From NCBI RefSeq assembly GCF_011386835.1, contig NC_088796.1, forward strand, positions 97,526,001-97,590,000: a stretch of 64,000 bases of DNA, in the 5' to 3' direction. Under the pieces are notes generated by a model. That model saw only the letters and a list, made by a program, of their open reading frames with translations, had not been told where the DNA came from and made no database searches. The position numbers and the translations under genes are program-made. Of the stretch, positions 63,330 through 64,000 are shown piece after piece. This DNA comes from Chrysemys picta bellii. Taxonomy: Eukaryota. Every line of letters starts with the position of its first letter. The stretch's first letter is position 1.

Positions 63330-64000
63330 TGCTGGAGCCGTGGCTCAGATTTCATGCGATATCAGGGTGTATCGGTGGCACCGCGGCGCTATGAACAGGT
63401 CCAAGGCGACCCACGTTACCTGAGCTGCCGAGGCCTCTGTCGTCGCTTCCCCAGGCCGGTGGACTGCACTGCAAGCCTATGCAGCGAAAGCACCGATTAT
63501 CAAGCCAGGTCACTCGCTCCCCCGGCCACGGACCGACGCACCGCGGAGCCCTGCCCCATCAGCGGGTACGCACCTCCCGCACAGAGGCTACATCGTAGCC
63601 CAGAGGACGAGCGCTCAGGAGCCCTTACGCGCGGAGACAGGCAGCAGCCTGCTCGGCCCGCCCCGTCCTGTCCCATTGACCGTCGGGATTGGCCGGCTCC
63701 AGCTCCAGCGCTCAGGAAGCGCCCGGCCCACGCCAGGGTCGGAGAGGGGAGGGGGAGCCGCCCGCCTGGCGCCACGCGCGCGGAGATTGGTTGCCTCGCG
63801 CTCCCGGGTCCACCCCTGCAGCCCCGCTTTGCGCCTGGTGCCGCAGCCGCCTCTAGAGGGAGCAGCGCCCAGCGGCTGCGCTCGCTGCTGCTCCGGCTCC
63901 TCTCACTTCCTCATCGAGCCCCGGGGACTCGCTGCTGGGACAGCCGCCGCCGCTCCGCCTTGAGCCCCGCGCCCGCTGCAGAGGAGGGGCGCCGCTGCCG
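63330..64000. promoter_or_regulatory. CpG island, probable bidirectional promoter (NMRK1 leftward; next gene, OSTF1 by synteny, rightward)
   Basis: CpG-rich; ATTGG (CCAAT) boxes near 63688 and 63786, GC boxes, CACTTCCT ETS motif near 63904; the + strand end looks like a GC-rich 5' UTR. Confidence 0.8.
63420..63500 (-). other. NMRK1: Probable non-coding first exon of NMRK1 (5' end unknown)
   Basis: Strong donor CAG|GTAACG after 63420 at the edge of the CpG island, 1.6 kb upstream of the first coding exon. Confidence 0.5.

Noticed and set aside
1-64000. CRISPR arrays, rRNA genes, prokaryotic operons or defence systems
   Set aside because: None seen; this is intron-rich vertebrate DNA with no repeat-spacer arrays.

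Overview
Vertebrate (reptile, most likely turtle) genomic DNA. The window holds three intact minus-strand genes, reconstructed by hand with GT-AG junctions and consistent reading phases: C9orf40 (2 coding exons, 179 aa, 6964-12887), CARNMT1 (8 coding exons, 412 aa, 16699-45735) and NMRK1 (8 coding exons, about 202 aa, 49282-61807). A CpG island at the right end is probably the head-to-head NMRK1/OSTF1 promoter (OSTF1 inferred from synteny only; no OSTF1 coding sequence is in the window). Introns are repeat-rich: two decayed DIRS tyrosine-recombinase retrotransposons in CARNMT1 introns 3 and 4, CR1 LINE fragments, a tRNA-derived turtle-type SINE, a near full-length LF-SINE, a 5S-derived AmnSINE1-like head, many hAT MITEs with 8-bp target duplications and five Penelope-like (PLE) remnants. 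The most notable signal is a perfect 186-bp palindrome in CARNMT1 intron 1: a young PLE insertion (12-bp TSD) carrying an intact minimal, dimer-type hammerhead ribozyme motif on each strand, with a core-mutated copy 12 kb further along the same pre-mRNA. PLE hammerheads are a known class, so the new part is the geometry and host-gene context. Repeat family names and orthologue comparisons are from memory, not database searches.
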